This document shows positions 29,361 to 42,813 of a stretch of 64,000 nt of DNA, in pieces (within the stretch, counting starts at the first letter, position 1; each line of letters begins with the position of its first letter). Made by a program: the position numbers and the translations under genes. Origin of the DNA: the human T2T-CHM13v2.0 reference genome, Homo sapiens; NCBI RefSeq assembly GCF_009914755.1, contig NC_060929.1. One strand, given 5' to 3'. The notes beneath the pieces are model-generated. The model did no database searches. It was given only the letters and a program-made list of their open reading frames with translations, and was not told where the DNA came from.

Positions 29361-30119
29361 GGTGGGACTCCTATCTTTAGGAAGCTCAGGGAGCTCCACG
29401 TGGCTGGAGAAATCCTTTCCTGGGCCTTGTTTCCTCTATAGTTCAGACACTTCCACTTCCCATTTCCAGGATATCTGCAGCTGTTTGAAAGTAAAACTAG
29501 ATGCAACACAGACCCATCAGCAGAAGGAAATGAGCCTAGGTTTTTCCCACCATGGTGACAGATTTTTGCAGAACCATTTCCAACTTTTTCCCCAGTTTAA
29601 TCTGGTCAGGAACAAAGCAGAGCACCGAGATCAAACCTGTGACTTTGTCCTCAGTCAATACATCATACTGCTACCGAATTCACAAGCGGTGAACGGTATG
29701 ATTGTATATAATTGCTTCATGGGGCCCCAGGAGTGCCACATAAATCACCCAACAAATGGGGATTCGAATTTAATGGTTTGCAGAGTGGATGCCATGCTTC
29801 ACAGTACCTAAGACTCTAGGGAGGGTGGTTCCTTCTCACCTCTTAGGTCAAATCTCACCTGCTCCGCTCATGTGCACCTCCCCTGGGCCTTTCCTCTTGC
29901 CATCTGCCACTCACCTCATTTTTGCCAGTCTACTTCTGTCATGCCCTTCAAACCTCAATTCAGAAAATAAAAAGTTGTTTTTTTTTTTTTTTAAGATAAG
30001 TCTTTTGAAAAATAGTAGAAATAGCTGAAAGGCAAGTCCAGTGTTTGGCAATCTTCAGGGGCTTGAGGGATTATAAGTACCTCATAGTCTAAATTTGAGC
30101 ATATTCTTTTTGGCCATTT

Positions 30120-30479
30120 TGATAGGGTTTGGCTGTGTCCCCACCCAAATCTCATCTTGACTTGTGGCTCCCACAGTTCCCTCGTGTTGTGGGAGGGACC
30201 CGGTGGGAGGTGGTTGAATTGTAGGGGGTGGGTCTTTCCCATGCTGTTCTCATGGTGATGAATGAGTCTCAGGAGATCTGATGATTTTGTAGGGGAGAGT
30301 TTCCCTGCATCAGCTCTCTTCCCTTGTCTGCTACCATATGAGACGTGCCTTTAACCTTCCACCATGATTGTGAGGCCTCCCCAGCCTCATGGAACTGTGA
30401 GTCCATTAAACATCTTTCTTTTGTAAATTGCCCAGTCTTGGGTACGTCTTTATCAGCAGCATGAAAAGGGACTAATATA
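30120..30479 (+). mobile_element. THE1 (THE1A/B-like) solo LTR
   Basis: THE1 termini and a perfect 5-bp TSD CATTT. Confidence 0.92.
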
Positions 30480-31226
30480 CATTTATTCTGAACATACTTA
30501 CTGAACATTAATTAGGTGTGAAATACTCTGTCTGGGGGTAGATTATGAATGAGATCTAATCCTTGCCCTAGAGAGGAGTTTCCAGTCCAGGGAGGAGATG
30601 GGAGACACCAGGGCCATAAGCAGGTACAGCTCAGAGTAAGGAAGCATCTGGAGATGGCTTCCCAAAAGAGCCCCACATTGAGTACCCAGGGATGGCCAGT
30701 GGCAAGCAGAGAGCACCTCGCACAAGGCTTGGAGCCAATTCAGGAGTTCTGAAGTCTTTGTAAGAGAGGCTATGCTTCAAGCAGACACGGTTAAATCAAG
30801 TCTGGAGTTTCTGTGCCCTAGGCTGACCAGTTCTTCCTCCTTTACCCTGGACAGTTTGTCAGAGTGCAGCTCCTGGTGTCCAGCAGAGGCACCGGAAGCA
30901 GGCTTGTCTTTTAAGACCAGGGAAGAAAAACGGTCATTTTCAAATAGAGATATCTGGATCCTGGAAATAGATCCAGGATATCTATAACAGGACATAATGT
31001 TACCACCTCGGACAAATGGCGGCTGTAGTTTTAACAGCGCTTTGAAGGCCCACCATGCTCCAGGAAGAAAGTCCTCACATGCTCTGAAAAGTTAATGGGG
31101 GTGGAAACGTACCTGAAAACGTACCTGACTGCTAATAAAACTTTACAAGTGGGTAATAGAAGGGGTTTTGGTAATTTGGGTCCTCCAAATCCTCCAAATC
31201 TGTGAGTCCTCTGCATCCTAATCTAA

Positions 31227-31533
<307 letters not shown>

Positions 31534-33169
31534 TAGGGTGGGATTTTAAAATTCATTTTGTATTAACTCTATTTGTCAGTTGGTCTTTTTTTCTGACTTG
31601 ATTCCTGGGACTAGTCACTCCAATTCTGCATTAATGCCAGTTGTTTTTCCACCACTCTAGAATGTCAGTAACACTAGCAAACCTTGGAGGCACTTATGTT
31701 ATATCACACCTAAAACTTACTCTTGGCCAAAATCTTAAATCCACAAGATGAATTACAGACTTAAGTAAAAGCCATTATGTACTTAATGGCACCAAAATTT
31801 TCCATTACAAATACTGTTTTTAATTCTTCTTTAATTTGAAAAAAAAAAAAAAGAAGTGCCTTGAGGGGCTTTGAATTTCCAAGCTTTCTAGATCAAAGAT
31901 TTCTTCAGCTCTCTGGATTATAGGAATGTTGAAAAACAAAAACAAATCATTTTCCTGCTGTAAAATCCTTGCCATGTTTTTGTCTTTATGTAACTCAAAA
32001 CGGCTAAACTAAGAAATGAGGTTGGTGAGTCCTGTTCAAAATTCATCAGAAATAAAGTAATTGATAATTCCAAAAGTGTCATTCCAACTAATTGACCCAA
32101 AAGTAAATTTTACTGAACTCTTATTTGATGATCCAGAAAACTGCTAAAGAGCACTTGTAAGAGAACAAAATAAATTATGGCTAAGAATACCAAAATATTT
32201 TAAAGTGTTGATTAAAGTGATTCAAGACTAAATTATAATAATTTGGGCTTGGTGGTGGTGTCCAGTGTAAATTTCCCTCTGATTCCACATCCGCCCACAA
32301 CTATAAATGTGTCCTTCTAGTAACGTGATCTGCAAAACAGTGAACTATTTATTTCAAAAGCTTTTGCAGAAAACATTAAAAAGTAACAGTTCCTATTTTC
32401 ATAGTCATCAGTTTGCTCATGTTTTCTGTATGAGGCCTGACCCTTGGTGTACAAGAAATAAACTGCTTTTAGCAGGGGGATGTCCTTAGCTCTTGGTCAT
32501 CTGGCATAACAGGTAACATGATAATTTACCACTGGTGCACTAGTGGGTTCAGAATTTCAGCACTTCCAAAATGAAGCACTTTTTGCCTTGTTACTAGAGA
32601 GAAGTCAGGTATGCTCACAGTAGTGAAAAAACTAGATGGCATGTATCGCGTAAAGCGCATGTCCTTCTGCATGGGGGAGACTGGTGTCTATGTGCTCTTG
32701 GACATTGTGATGTAAAGCACTTTTGCATGTACAAGAGGTCATTTGTTTCCAATTTTTCCTCCATGTTATCTTTATTTAAAATTAAAGAGAATTGTTTTCT
32801 TTTTCTGATTATTAAAAAGAAATGTACCCTAGAGAAAAATTAAAAACTGAAAAAAGTAAAACTATAGTTAAAAAATCCCACCATTTGCATTTACTTATGT
32901 GAATTTGCATTTTGTTGTATTTGCTTTATGAGAATGTGTTTACATAATTGAGATCATGCTGCATATAGAACTTCTGCTTTTTCTTTAAAACAATCATTTT
33001 CTCATGTTACTCTGAGTTCTCTAACATCAGTCTTAATGAATGCATACTATTCTATTATGGGATGTGTGTTTTATAACCATTTTGGGACATTGAAGTTGCT
33101 CCCAGTATTTTGCTACCATAAATATTCTGCAATTCACATCTTTACACATAAAAAATTTTCAATATTGCT

Positions 33170-34050
33170 ATATTTGGTGAAGACTTTTAGGTTGCAAGTC
33201 AAAGGAAATCAGTTTGCCTTGGCTTGAGAAAAAAGAAAATGTATTAGTTTACGCAGCGAAAAGCTAAGTGTGGATTAGCTTTGGGCACAGCTGGACACAG
33301 CAGCTAAATGATGTTTTCGGAACCTTTCTGTCTTCTGGGCCACTTCCTTCTGTGCTGGCTTCGCTCTTAGGCCTGTTCCTTTACATTCTTTCAGAAAGAT
33401 GGCAGCTCTTTCCCAATCATTCTGGAAGTCCAATGATGGCTCATTCACATGACTGAGGTCCAGCACCTAGGCCTGAGCCAGTCACTGGAGCCAGGGCAAG
33501 GGAATGTTCTGGATGGCCAACAGGACAGCCCTGCTCCCTCTTGCTCCCTGCTCCCCTGCTCTGTTCATCTGGCCCCTTTGCTGTTTCCTGAGCCCACCCA
33601 GCCTGCCCATCACTGATGACCACTGTTCCTATCCTCTCTGCCTCCACACAGTTCCCCCCCCCGTCCCCATGGCTTGGTGCTCCCTCACTTCCTTCAGTCC
33701 CCGCTGACCACCCCTTCACTGTCTATTCGCTTTCTCTGACTTCACTGACTTATTGCTCCCTGATGTTGTGTTATATATTCATGTAGTATAATTTGTCACC
33801 TTCACAAGAACCACAAGGGGTGACACCATTTGTTTACAGCTCTATCCCACCCTACAATATTGATAATATTTATCAAGTGAGTTAATGAACGAGTCTGCCA
33901 GGCCAGGTGTGTACCCATCTGTAGGGTCAGCCCACCCTAAGGACTAGAGATGGGTGAGGGAAGGATGTGATTTCTCAAAAGAAAAATAAGAAATTGGGCA
34001 GCCATCACCAGAGCAAGTGGACTAAATGCCAGGCTGACCAAAACACTGAT
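33170..34050. mobile_element. Old MLT1 (J/K/L-like) LTR fragments
   Basis: aggttgcaagtcaaaggaaatcagtttgccttggcttgagaaaaaagaaaatgtattag resembles an MLT1 terminus. A similar relic lies at about 1700-2060. Confidence 0.5.
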
Positions 34051-35021
34051 GATCTCCCTTACAATTTTGGATCACTTTCTAAAGCCAGTCCCAGGAGTGA
34101 GAAATTCCAAAAAGTTATAAATGTTTGGGTTTCCTGATAAGGACTGCTTCCACTTTTAGCCCTACAAAAATTCTCCTTATAGCAGATAAAATAATAATTC
34201 TTAGACGCAGAGCATCACATCATGCCCCTCCGCAACTTCAAACAGATAACCCTTCCGTGTACCATGACCAAAGACTCACCCTGGCACCCAGGCCCAAACT
34301 GGTCCAGTCTCAGCCTTACCTCTGACCGCGCCCCTATCCCGCTCCCCTTTCTGCACCAGGCCCTAACACACTGGCTTTCTCTTCTGCCCTGGAATTCACT
34401 CATCTTTATCTTGGGACCTTCATATTTTCTCTTCCTTCCTCCTGGAAGGCCCTTCTTGCTGCTTCCTACCCTTCCTTCAGGCCTTAGCACAAATGCCATC
34501 CCTCCAGAGGCCCAAGAGAACCAAGAGGGGCCCAAGAGGCCTTCCACTCCGACGATGCTTCTCTCCCAGCCTCTCTGGCAGACATGGGCATATTTTTTTT
34601 TCACAGCACTCATCACCCTTTTTATTTGTTTCCTTGTTTATTCTCTGTCTTCCCCCACTAGACTGTAAGCCCCATGAGGCCCTTTTCTGTCCATTGTTGT
34701 ATCCCCAAAAGTCAAACTGGTACTTGGCAGATCAAAGACCCTCAAAAAATATTTGTTGGAAAAAAATTAACAAATTGCTCTCCAAGAGTGTTGTAGCAAT
34801 TTGCAAATCAGCAGTAGGAATACTCAGTTCATCTCTCACTGAGGCAATTTTTTTAGAATACAACTCGGTGAGATGGATCCTCACTGCTTGAGTCCTGGAG
34901 GAGAAGCAATGGCACTGTTTTCTAACAGACAACACTTCCCATCTGAACAGAGATCAAGCACTCTCTATTATAGCCAGGTATGTTATAACAAGGCCCCTGT
35001 AGAATTTCACTTTCCCATTAG

Positions 35022-35333
35022 TTTTTTTTTTTTTTTTAAGATGGGGTCTTGCTATGTTGCCCAGACTGGAGTGCAGTGGCAATTCACAGGCATGATCCCA
35101 CTACTGACCAGCACAGAAGTTTTGACCCACTCTGTTTCCAACCTGGGCCAGTTCACCCCTCCTTAGGCAACCTGGTGGTACCATGCTCCCCAGTGGCCAC
35201 CATATTGATGCCAAACAGTATAGATACCCCATCAGTATAGCTCACTATAGCCCCGAATTCCTGGGCTTAAGTAATCATCCCACCTCAGCCTCTTCAGTAG
35301 CTGGGACCACAGACATGTGCCACCACATCTGGC
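35022..35333 (-). pseudogene. Full-length 7SL (SRP RNA) processed pseudogene with poly(A) tail
   Basis: The reverse complement has both Alu-domain ends plus the S domain that Alus lack (GGCATCAATATGGTG...CCACCAGGTTGCCTAAGGAGGGGTGAACTGGCCCAGGTTGGAAAC...GTCAAAAC...AGTAGTGGGATC). T16 tail at 35022-35037. Many CpG decays. Confidence 0.93.
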
Positions 35334-35363
35334 CTCATCTAGTTTAAATATAGCCTGAGTGGG

Positions 35364-35654
<291 letters not shown>

Positions 35655-35924
35655 TAGCCTGAGTCTTAATCCCCTTATGTAAGTAACAAAAAATATTCCT
35701 ATTGCAACTGGGCTAAAGATAACTTTCTAAAAATGTTACATTGAATAACAATAAGTAAATAATCACCTTAAGTATATGAGATGTGGATGGGCATAATTTC
35801 TGAGTTATCTAATTATGTTTGTAGTTTGATTTATAAAATCTTTCTAATCTGTTCACTGTTAATGCTAGAGTGTGTGTATTTTTGTATATTTCTTAAAGAA
35901 CTTTACATTTTTAAAAAGTCTTGC

Positions 35925-36356
35925 AAAAAGAGTTGATCTAAAAGTATTTAATATAAAGAACAGCAAAGCACCCTTTTGTCAGAAAGAAATCCCTATGACA
36001 TATCTCAGATTACACTAGTCAAATTTCCCTTTATCTGAATTTCTGTTTGGATACAAAATAATAATATCCTCATCTGTTTCAGATAAATGTTCAGCATTAC
36101 CCAATATGGGGATCATAATGAATTCAGAAAAAAAATATTGCATTAAAAAAATAGCCAATTCAAAGTTTTTTTTAGTTTTAAAATAGCACCACTTGAGGAA
36201 GGGGATATATTTAAGTTCAAAGTCCCTAAGCAGGTGGTTTACTAAAGTTCAAGCAAACTAAAGGGTGACGGTTTGATTTTTATAACTTTCCTGTGATCTG
36301 GGATAGAATACAAAAAGAAAGTAAAAAAAAAAAAGCAAATAATTGAAAGACAACAC

Positions 36357-36391
<35 letters not shown>

Positions 36392-36426
36392 CTGCCAAAG
36401 CATATCCTTGTTTTCTGCCAGTTGTG
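35925..36426 (-). other. PPIC: PPIC 3'UTR with ATTAAA polyA signal (tttaat at 35947-35952)
   Basis: Unique AT-rich sequence after the stop codon with a variant ATTAAA hexamer on the - strand. The 3' end is inferred. Confidence 0.65.
36358..36389 (+). repeat. (AC)16 microsatellite in the PPIC 3'UTR
   Basis: Perfect dinucleotide run, read directly. Confidence 0.97.
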
Positions 36427-36555
36427 TCACCAATCAGCGATCTCAACCACAAAAGGCGTTTTCACGTCTATCTTGCCACTGTTGATGATCGAGCAGTTGG
36501 TGAGTGGACGGTCATGCCCATCAGTTGCTTGGAGCTCTATGGAGTGCACCACTGT
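36427..36555 (-). CDS. PPIC: PPIC exon 5 CDS
   Basis: accAG|ACA acceptor. 129 nt, [45 protein letters not shown]. The five exons sum to 639 nt, or 212 aa plus stop. Confidence 0.96.
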   Translation of the reverse strand, partial: TVVHSIELQATDGHDRPLTNCSIINSGKIDVKTPFVVEIADW

Positions 36556-37679
36556 CTGGTGAGAGAAAAGTAGACACATGGTTTAATTCTGACCAGCAGC
36601 TATAGCAATCCAAAGGTTAAACCAAAGCCAACTCCAAAAGCCCAAGTGGGAAGGAAATAAGGTTGGTTGGTTGGTTGGTTTTTTATGACTACTAAGACCA
36701 TGCACGCTAACTGTGGAAAACTTAGAATATTTAGAAAATATATACATCACATAATAAAATTCACCCATGACCTTCTTACTCAGAGACCACACTGGTATAT
36801 TTCCTCACTTCTTTTTAAATAAGCATTTTATATTCTAAAAAAGTAGATATTTTTGTAAACACCCAGCTCTAGTAAAAGGCATTTCCATTCACCTGGTATA
36901 AGCCAGCGTAACAGTTAACATGAAGTCTGAGTCAGTTTCAGCTCCATCCTGTAATAGGTCTTCACATGTATGGGCCAGAAAGCAGATTCAGAAATGGACC
37001 TAGTTCTAGGTTTGTCCATTTTAAAGGTGACCCAAGCCATTAACCTATAAGTTGAGCCCAATACTAATGTAACCCCAGCCCCCCACAGTGCTGTGAAGGC
37101 ACCTTTCTCTACCCTGGAAGGCTTCACAAGCCCAACAGTACAGTATTTCACACTGAAGTAGGTTAGGACTGGGCAAGGAACAAGAAAGTAGGTTTTTGGT
37201 GGGTTTCCCAGACAGCATTGAGGCTACTAGCTCAGTTCCCAAACTTGTGTTAGATAGAATCAGAAAAACAGGTAGTTGTGAAGGAACTGCAGCGAGCAAG
37301 ACTGGTTTATTTACATTTGGATGAGGGAGGTAGAATAAGTCACATGAAAACAAAATAAAATGAAACATGGAAGAGGGAAAGGGAGACAAGGATGGTCCAG
37401 GCCTGGGATGGACAGACTTTACAGTAACCAGTTTAGGAGCTGAGAGAGCTACTTCAGGCACCTGTAAGGCAGAAATATTGAGAAAGAAAGGGAATGAGGG
37501 TTTTAAGAAGTGTTCCTACGGGTTGTGAATTGGACTGCTTTGACATTCTTTGAGACCCAACAGTATAGATTCAAATTCTCTTCAATAATTTTTGGATGCG
37601 TGTCTCTGTGAATGTGACCTAGGTGTCTGAGCTGAACCAGATGGGATTCTGGGGTGGTTTTGTTTTGCTTTGTTTTCAA

Positions 37680-38045
37680 CTATTTTATTTTTAATTCTGG
37701 TAAGAAATACATAACATAAAATGTGCCATCTTACTCATTTGTAAGTGCACAGTGCAGTGGTGTTGAGTATATTTACATTGTTGTGCAACCAATAGCCAGA
37801 ATTTTTCATCTTGCAAAACTAAAACCTTATACCTATTAAATACAACATCCCATTTACCCCATCCCCAGCCCCTGGCAACTACCATTCTACTTTCTGTTTC
37901 TATCAATGTGACCACTTTAGATATTTTATATAAATGAAGTCATATAGTATTTGTCTTCCTACGACTGGTTTATTTCACTTAGCATAATGTCCTCAGAATG
38001 TCTTTCCTTTTGGAGACTGAATAATATTCCATTGTGTGTATATAT
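37680..38045 (-). mobile_element. L1MB-like 3' end in PPIC intron 4
   Basis: cagcccctggcaactaccattctactttctgtttctat; tttatttcacttagcataatgtcctc. Confidence 0.85.
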
Positions 38046-38330
38046 GGGGTCCTGGTATATATTGGTTCCATTAAAAAGGGCTTTACATTTATATCAAGTA
38101 GTAAAATAAATCAACTTAGTCCTTAATTTCTCCTTGTCAAGTCCCTAGCTGCTGCGCCAATGACCCTAAGAATTAAAATGCCATACCATATATAATTTAT
38201 TCACCTTTGAAGAGGCCAGTCAGCTATATAATGGATCTCTAACAAGCATATTTTAAGATTAAAATAAATCACTGAAAGTACTCTCAATAAAAATATAAAG
38301 CTTTGAAAGGAAAAAAATGTATCAATTTAC

Positions 38331-38515
38331 CATCCCATCAATGACTTTTCCAAACACCACATGTTTGCCGTCCAACCAGGTGGGCTTGGTCAAGGTGATA
38401 AAGAACTGAGAGCCATTGGTGTCAGGCCCAGCGTTGGCCATGCTGACCCACCCAATGCCATAGTGCTTCAGCTTGAAGTTCTCATCTGGAAATGTCTCAC
38501 CATAGATGCTCACAC
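38331..38515 (-). CDS. PPIC: PPIC exon 4
   Basis: ctcAG|GT acceptor and ATG|gtaaat donor. 185 nt, (G)[61 protein letters not shown]. Confidence 0.97.
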
Positions 38516-39459
38516 CTGAGACAAAACAAGGAAGAAAGTCAACAGATGTCTTCCAAAAGTCAGCTCTTCAAAGGGAAACATAAGGCCTTAGAGGAATCAA
38601 TTACTAGAACCCTATAGGAGGTAGGGATGGGGAAGACATGTTCAAACATAAGCAGACATGAAGGAGGGAATAAAATTAACTCCTTAAGGGAACAGGGCAC
38701 TAGGGCCTAAAATGAACAAAGAAAGCCTTAAATATGGCACAGGATAGTGGGATACTCTCTGGCCTCATACCAAGGGCCAAACCTTGATCAAGCAGGTCCA
38801 TGACTTCGCTCTGAAGTGAGAAGGAACTGAAGGGCAGGAAAACATCCTAAAGCCAGATGAAAAGGTGTTTGAGCCATCCTAGTGGCTGTGCACCTGTTTC
38901 CTGAGGCTCAAAGCTCAGGACAGTCCTGTGACTTATCCAGGATTGGGTGTTACTCAGCACCCAACCAGGATGCACCAAGCATTCAATATATACCCACACC
39001 GAATTCTCATAACAACCCTGAAGAGTAGGTATTCTCCGTCCTATTTTACAATGGGAAACAGAGGTTACAAAACTTGAAAATAGCAGAGCAGAATTTGAAC
39101 ATCTGACTTTCTGATTCTAAAGCTGGTGCTTTTTCTTGCCTCAGCACCAAGAGCAATAGCAGCTGATCTGGAAGTTGTTGGTCACAGCAACTTCAGGACC
39201 CATCAGGACACAGAGGATGATGACAATTGGGAGCACCCAGTGGTCAACCTTGAACAGGAGAACCAAAGCAAGGCAGGAAGTCTGGAGTTCTAGCAAAGCG
39301 GCAGGCAGAGTGGAAGACCTTTCTCCACAGACCATAAGAAGGATCTGACCATCCTCCAATACCTCAAGGGTCTACCAGGCCCACCTCCCCTTCTGTAGGG
39401 CCCCTTATCTATCAGTTGCCAACTTCAAAATTCTGATTCAGTTAGAAAACCCAGAAGTA

Positions 39460-39890
<431 letters not shown>

Positions 39891-40608
39891 TCAGAGAATT
39901 TTAATGCAAGATGCACACTGGGCAGGGAAGGTAGTGAGAAAAAAAAGGTAGCAGAAAAGAGGGCAGAGTGAAGCTCAGTCACCATTCCTGCCAGCACCAT
40001 TCCTATGGCAGGAAGGTGGGATGCCAGCACCGAGGGCACGGGCACCAGCGCTGCAGGGTTTTCCAATGAGATCCACGAGCGTCCTCAGCAAATCCCATTG
40101 CCTGGGGCAACCTAAATGCCTTCCTCCACTCCAGTCTACATCCCCATACCCCTCAGCATTCTTGCAAGAACTAGAAGTAATCTTCACAAAGTGCCTGGCA
40201 AATCAAAGCACTTAATAGTAGCCATTTTTGGTTATAAACAAACCATTGCAATAAACATAAAATTAGAAATAGTGCTTGAAAATGGCCTGTTGCTTTAAAA
40301 ATGGACAACAAATATCCACCGAAACCAGTATTTGTTGAATTAAAAATCTTAAATCTAAAGTAAATTTAAATTATTTGGAGTTACATATATGGTGTATGTT
40401 CAAGAAAAGAACTAAACTTTTAAGAGAAAACAGTGTATGGAGCTGGATAGCTATAATCCTGAATGAGAAACAATAAGCTGAAGGAGATTTGAAACTCTCT
40501 AAATTTAACTATCTCTACTTTATTGAACTCCAACTTTGTTTGTAAGAGTTTGTTTCTATTACAATTTTGACAACTCAGCTATTGCTTTAACTTTAAAAAA
40601 GTATTGGT

Positions 40609-40839
40609 TCCCAGCTTTGTCCAAAGGACAGCAAATAGTAAGCTTGGGTCCTGACGAAACCACCACCCTGTAAACTCAGACACTGGATTCAGTCCTCCTG
40701 TTCCCAAGTTTCCCAAGTAGAACTCACTTTCTGTAACCCAACATTTTAGAACAGAAAAATGAAAACACATAGCCAGGAGTGTGAGTCACTTTTTTGCAGG
40801 TTAAATCTTAAAAGTTCTCTTGGACTTGTTTTTCACTGT
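40609..40839. repeat. Copy A of a ~235-bp diverged direct repeat (PPIC intron 3)
   Basis: Aligns end to end with 42575-42813. Confidence 0.92.
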
Positions 40840-41321
40840 TTTGTCAATATGATGAAAGATTTTGAAAGAAGGAGGAAAGTGTGCTGTGACCCTGCTGCTA
40901 ACTCTAGTCTCAATCTCCTGGCATGAGGCCCGTCTTCCTCCTGCAACGCCCACCTCTGCCGCACGCTGCCATCCCAGGGGAACGCAGCTTCATGTTCCAC
41001 ACCTTTTCCTTCCTATGAAAGATATTTTTCTGTATGGCTACTGACTAGTAGTCTGGTATTTTAATAACTGCAAAATGAATACATCTCAATTACGGAAAGA
41101 CAATAAACACCAAAACAATCCTGCTTAAAATAAGGACGCCTCCCTCATACCTGTCGAGATGCTGCTAGATGAGTCCCCAAAACTCCATCCTTCTCAAAGA
41201 GGTACAGTCGTCTTTACAACTGTGTTCCTTAGCTCTGGATTTCAACAGACTGGGTTCATATACTGGCTTAACCTTAGATTTCGGTTTGGTAAATGGGAAA
41301 GGAAAAATGCAAAGACGTTAC

Positions 41322-41415
41322 CCCCAGTGCCATCTCCAGTGGTGATGTCACCTCCTTGAATCATGAAATCCTTGATGACACGATGAAACTTGCTTCCTTT
41401 ATATCCATATCCTTT
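41322..41415 (-). CDS. PPIC: PPIC exon 3
   Basis: tttAG|AAA acceptor and GGG G|gtaacg donor. 94 nt, [31 protein letters not shown], including the catalytic FHRVI..FMIQGGD motif. Confidence 0.97.
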
Positions 41416-41851
41416 CTAAAGAGATTACTTCAGTTGAATAACAAGTAACAGAGGCCATACTGAAAGATAAACTCAGTGTTGATCTAGAAAGGACAAACTG
41501 AGAAAATTAAACAAAATGCCTACAGAACTTGATTATATCCCAGCTATGGTTTACTGAGAGAAATTTATCATTAGCTGACCAAAAAATAAATATGTTATGG
41601 AAGTAGAGTATTAATGTGAATAAGTTAAAAGAGAGCAAACCATATTTTCACTTGATGATGATTTTCTCCCAATTTCCAGAAGCCTAAGGGCACTGAGTGC
41701 CCAAATAATACATATTTAATTGGAAAATAAAGTCAAATGTGGTAAGGTTCATCTGACATACTAATTTAATACTTATTTTCTCAGATGACATCTTTATATT
41801 TGGCTTCAAAGAAAGAAGACCCAATTTAAAGGAAATAAAATTGAGACATAC

Positions 41852-41965
41852 CTCTCCTGTTGCTAGAGCAACAAAATTTTCCACTGTCTTGGGCACAACT
41901 TTTCCAAAGAGGCCAATCACAATTCTGCCAACATCTTTGTCTCCAATCCTCACATCAAAGAAGAC
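41852..41965 (-). CDS. PPIC: PPIC exon 2
   Basis: cacAG|GTC acceptor and GAG|gtatgt donor. 114 nt, [38 protein letters not shown], the cyclophilin N-terminal motif. Confidence 0.97.
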
Positions 41966-42574
41966 CTGTGTGCAGTTGAAAGGCAAAGTGGAAGGTTATA
42001 AGGTGGAAAAGCACAAATACAAGGTAAGTCAAAATTAAAATCTGAGAATTGACCCACATACAAAAGCCCTGCCCATCAGTATTTTGTAAAGGAGCATGAC
42101 ATCAATTAAAGGTACTTTAAAACTATTGTGTGGGTGCATTTCACTCACAAATATTCTTTCAAGAAACATTTATTAAGCACCACCCATGGGCCAGGCACTG
42201 TACCAGGTATTGAGTTTAAAGGCTGACTCAACTCTGTCAGTGTTGGCCAATGAAGTCTTCAATAATTCTTCTCTTCCCATACCCCAGACAAACGCTGCTG
42301 CTACTTCCCATTTCCTGGCTTTATGGATGAAGAGTAGAATGGAAAATATTGCTCTCTTAGAAAGTAATGCTCTCTAATCTTGGCAGGACAAAAGAAAAAA
42401 GTTGTGAGGAAACAGGCTAACCATCAAAATTTATTTTTTTAAATTTCAAACAGTCCTAAATTTGCAATGAGTTCTCAATAGATGTCTGCCATCCAGGAGA
42501 TGGCAAAAATGATGAAACACAGCAGTCCTTCAAAAGGCCTGCCACTCATGTCCAAGCACAATAAAGCACCAGGT

Positions 42575-42813
42575 CCCCAGCTTTCCAAAGGACAGCAAAC
42601 ATTAAGCGTGGGTCATCACGCTGACAAAGCCGTCACCCTGTAAACTCAGACACTGAATTCAGTCCTCTTGTTCCCAAGTTACCCAAGTAGAATTTGCTTT
42701 TCCTAACCCAACATTTTACAACAGGAAAAAGAAGACACATAGCCAGGAGTGAGTGTGAATCCACCTTTTGCAGGTAAAACCATAAAAGTTCTCTTGGACT
42801 TGTTTTTAACTGT
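42575..42813. repeat. Copy B of a ~235-bp diverged direct repeat (PPIC intron 1)
   Basis: Aligns end to end with 40609-40839. Confidence 0.92.

Noticed and set aside
29299-29811. 170-aa ORF
   Set aside because: Begins inside a decayed L2. No recognisable domain, promoter or splice support.
40609-42813. Direct repeat as a snoRNA pair or mutually exclusive coding exons
   Set aside because: No shared RUGAUGA/CUGA terminal boxes or clear H/ACA layout by eye, splice-like signals are not conserved between copies, and many substitutions are non-synonymous. Kept only as an unexplained duplication.
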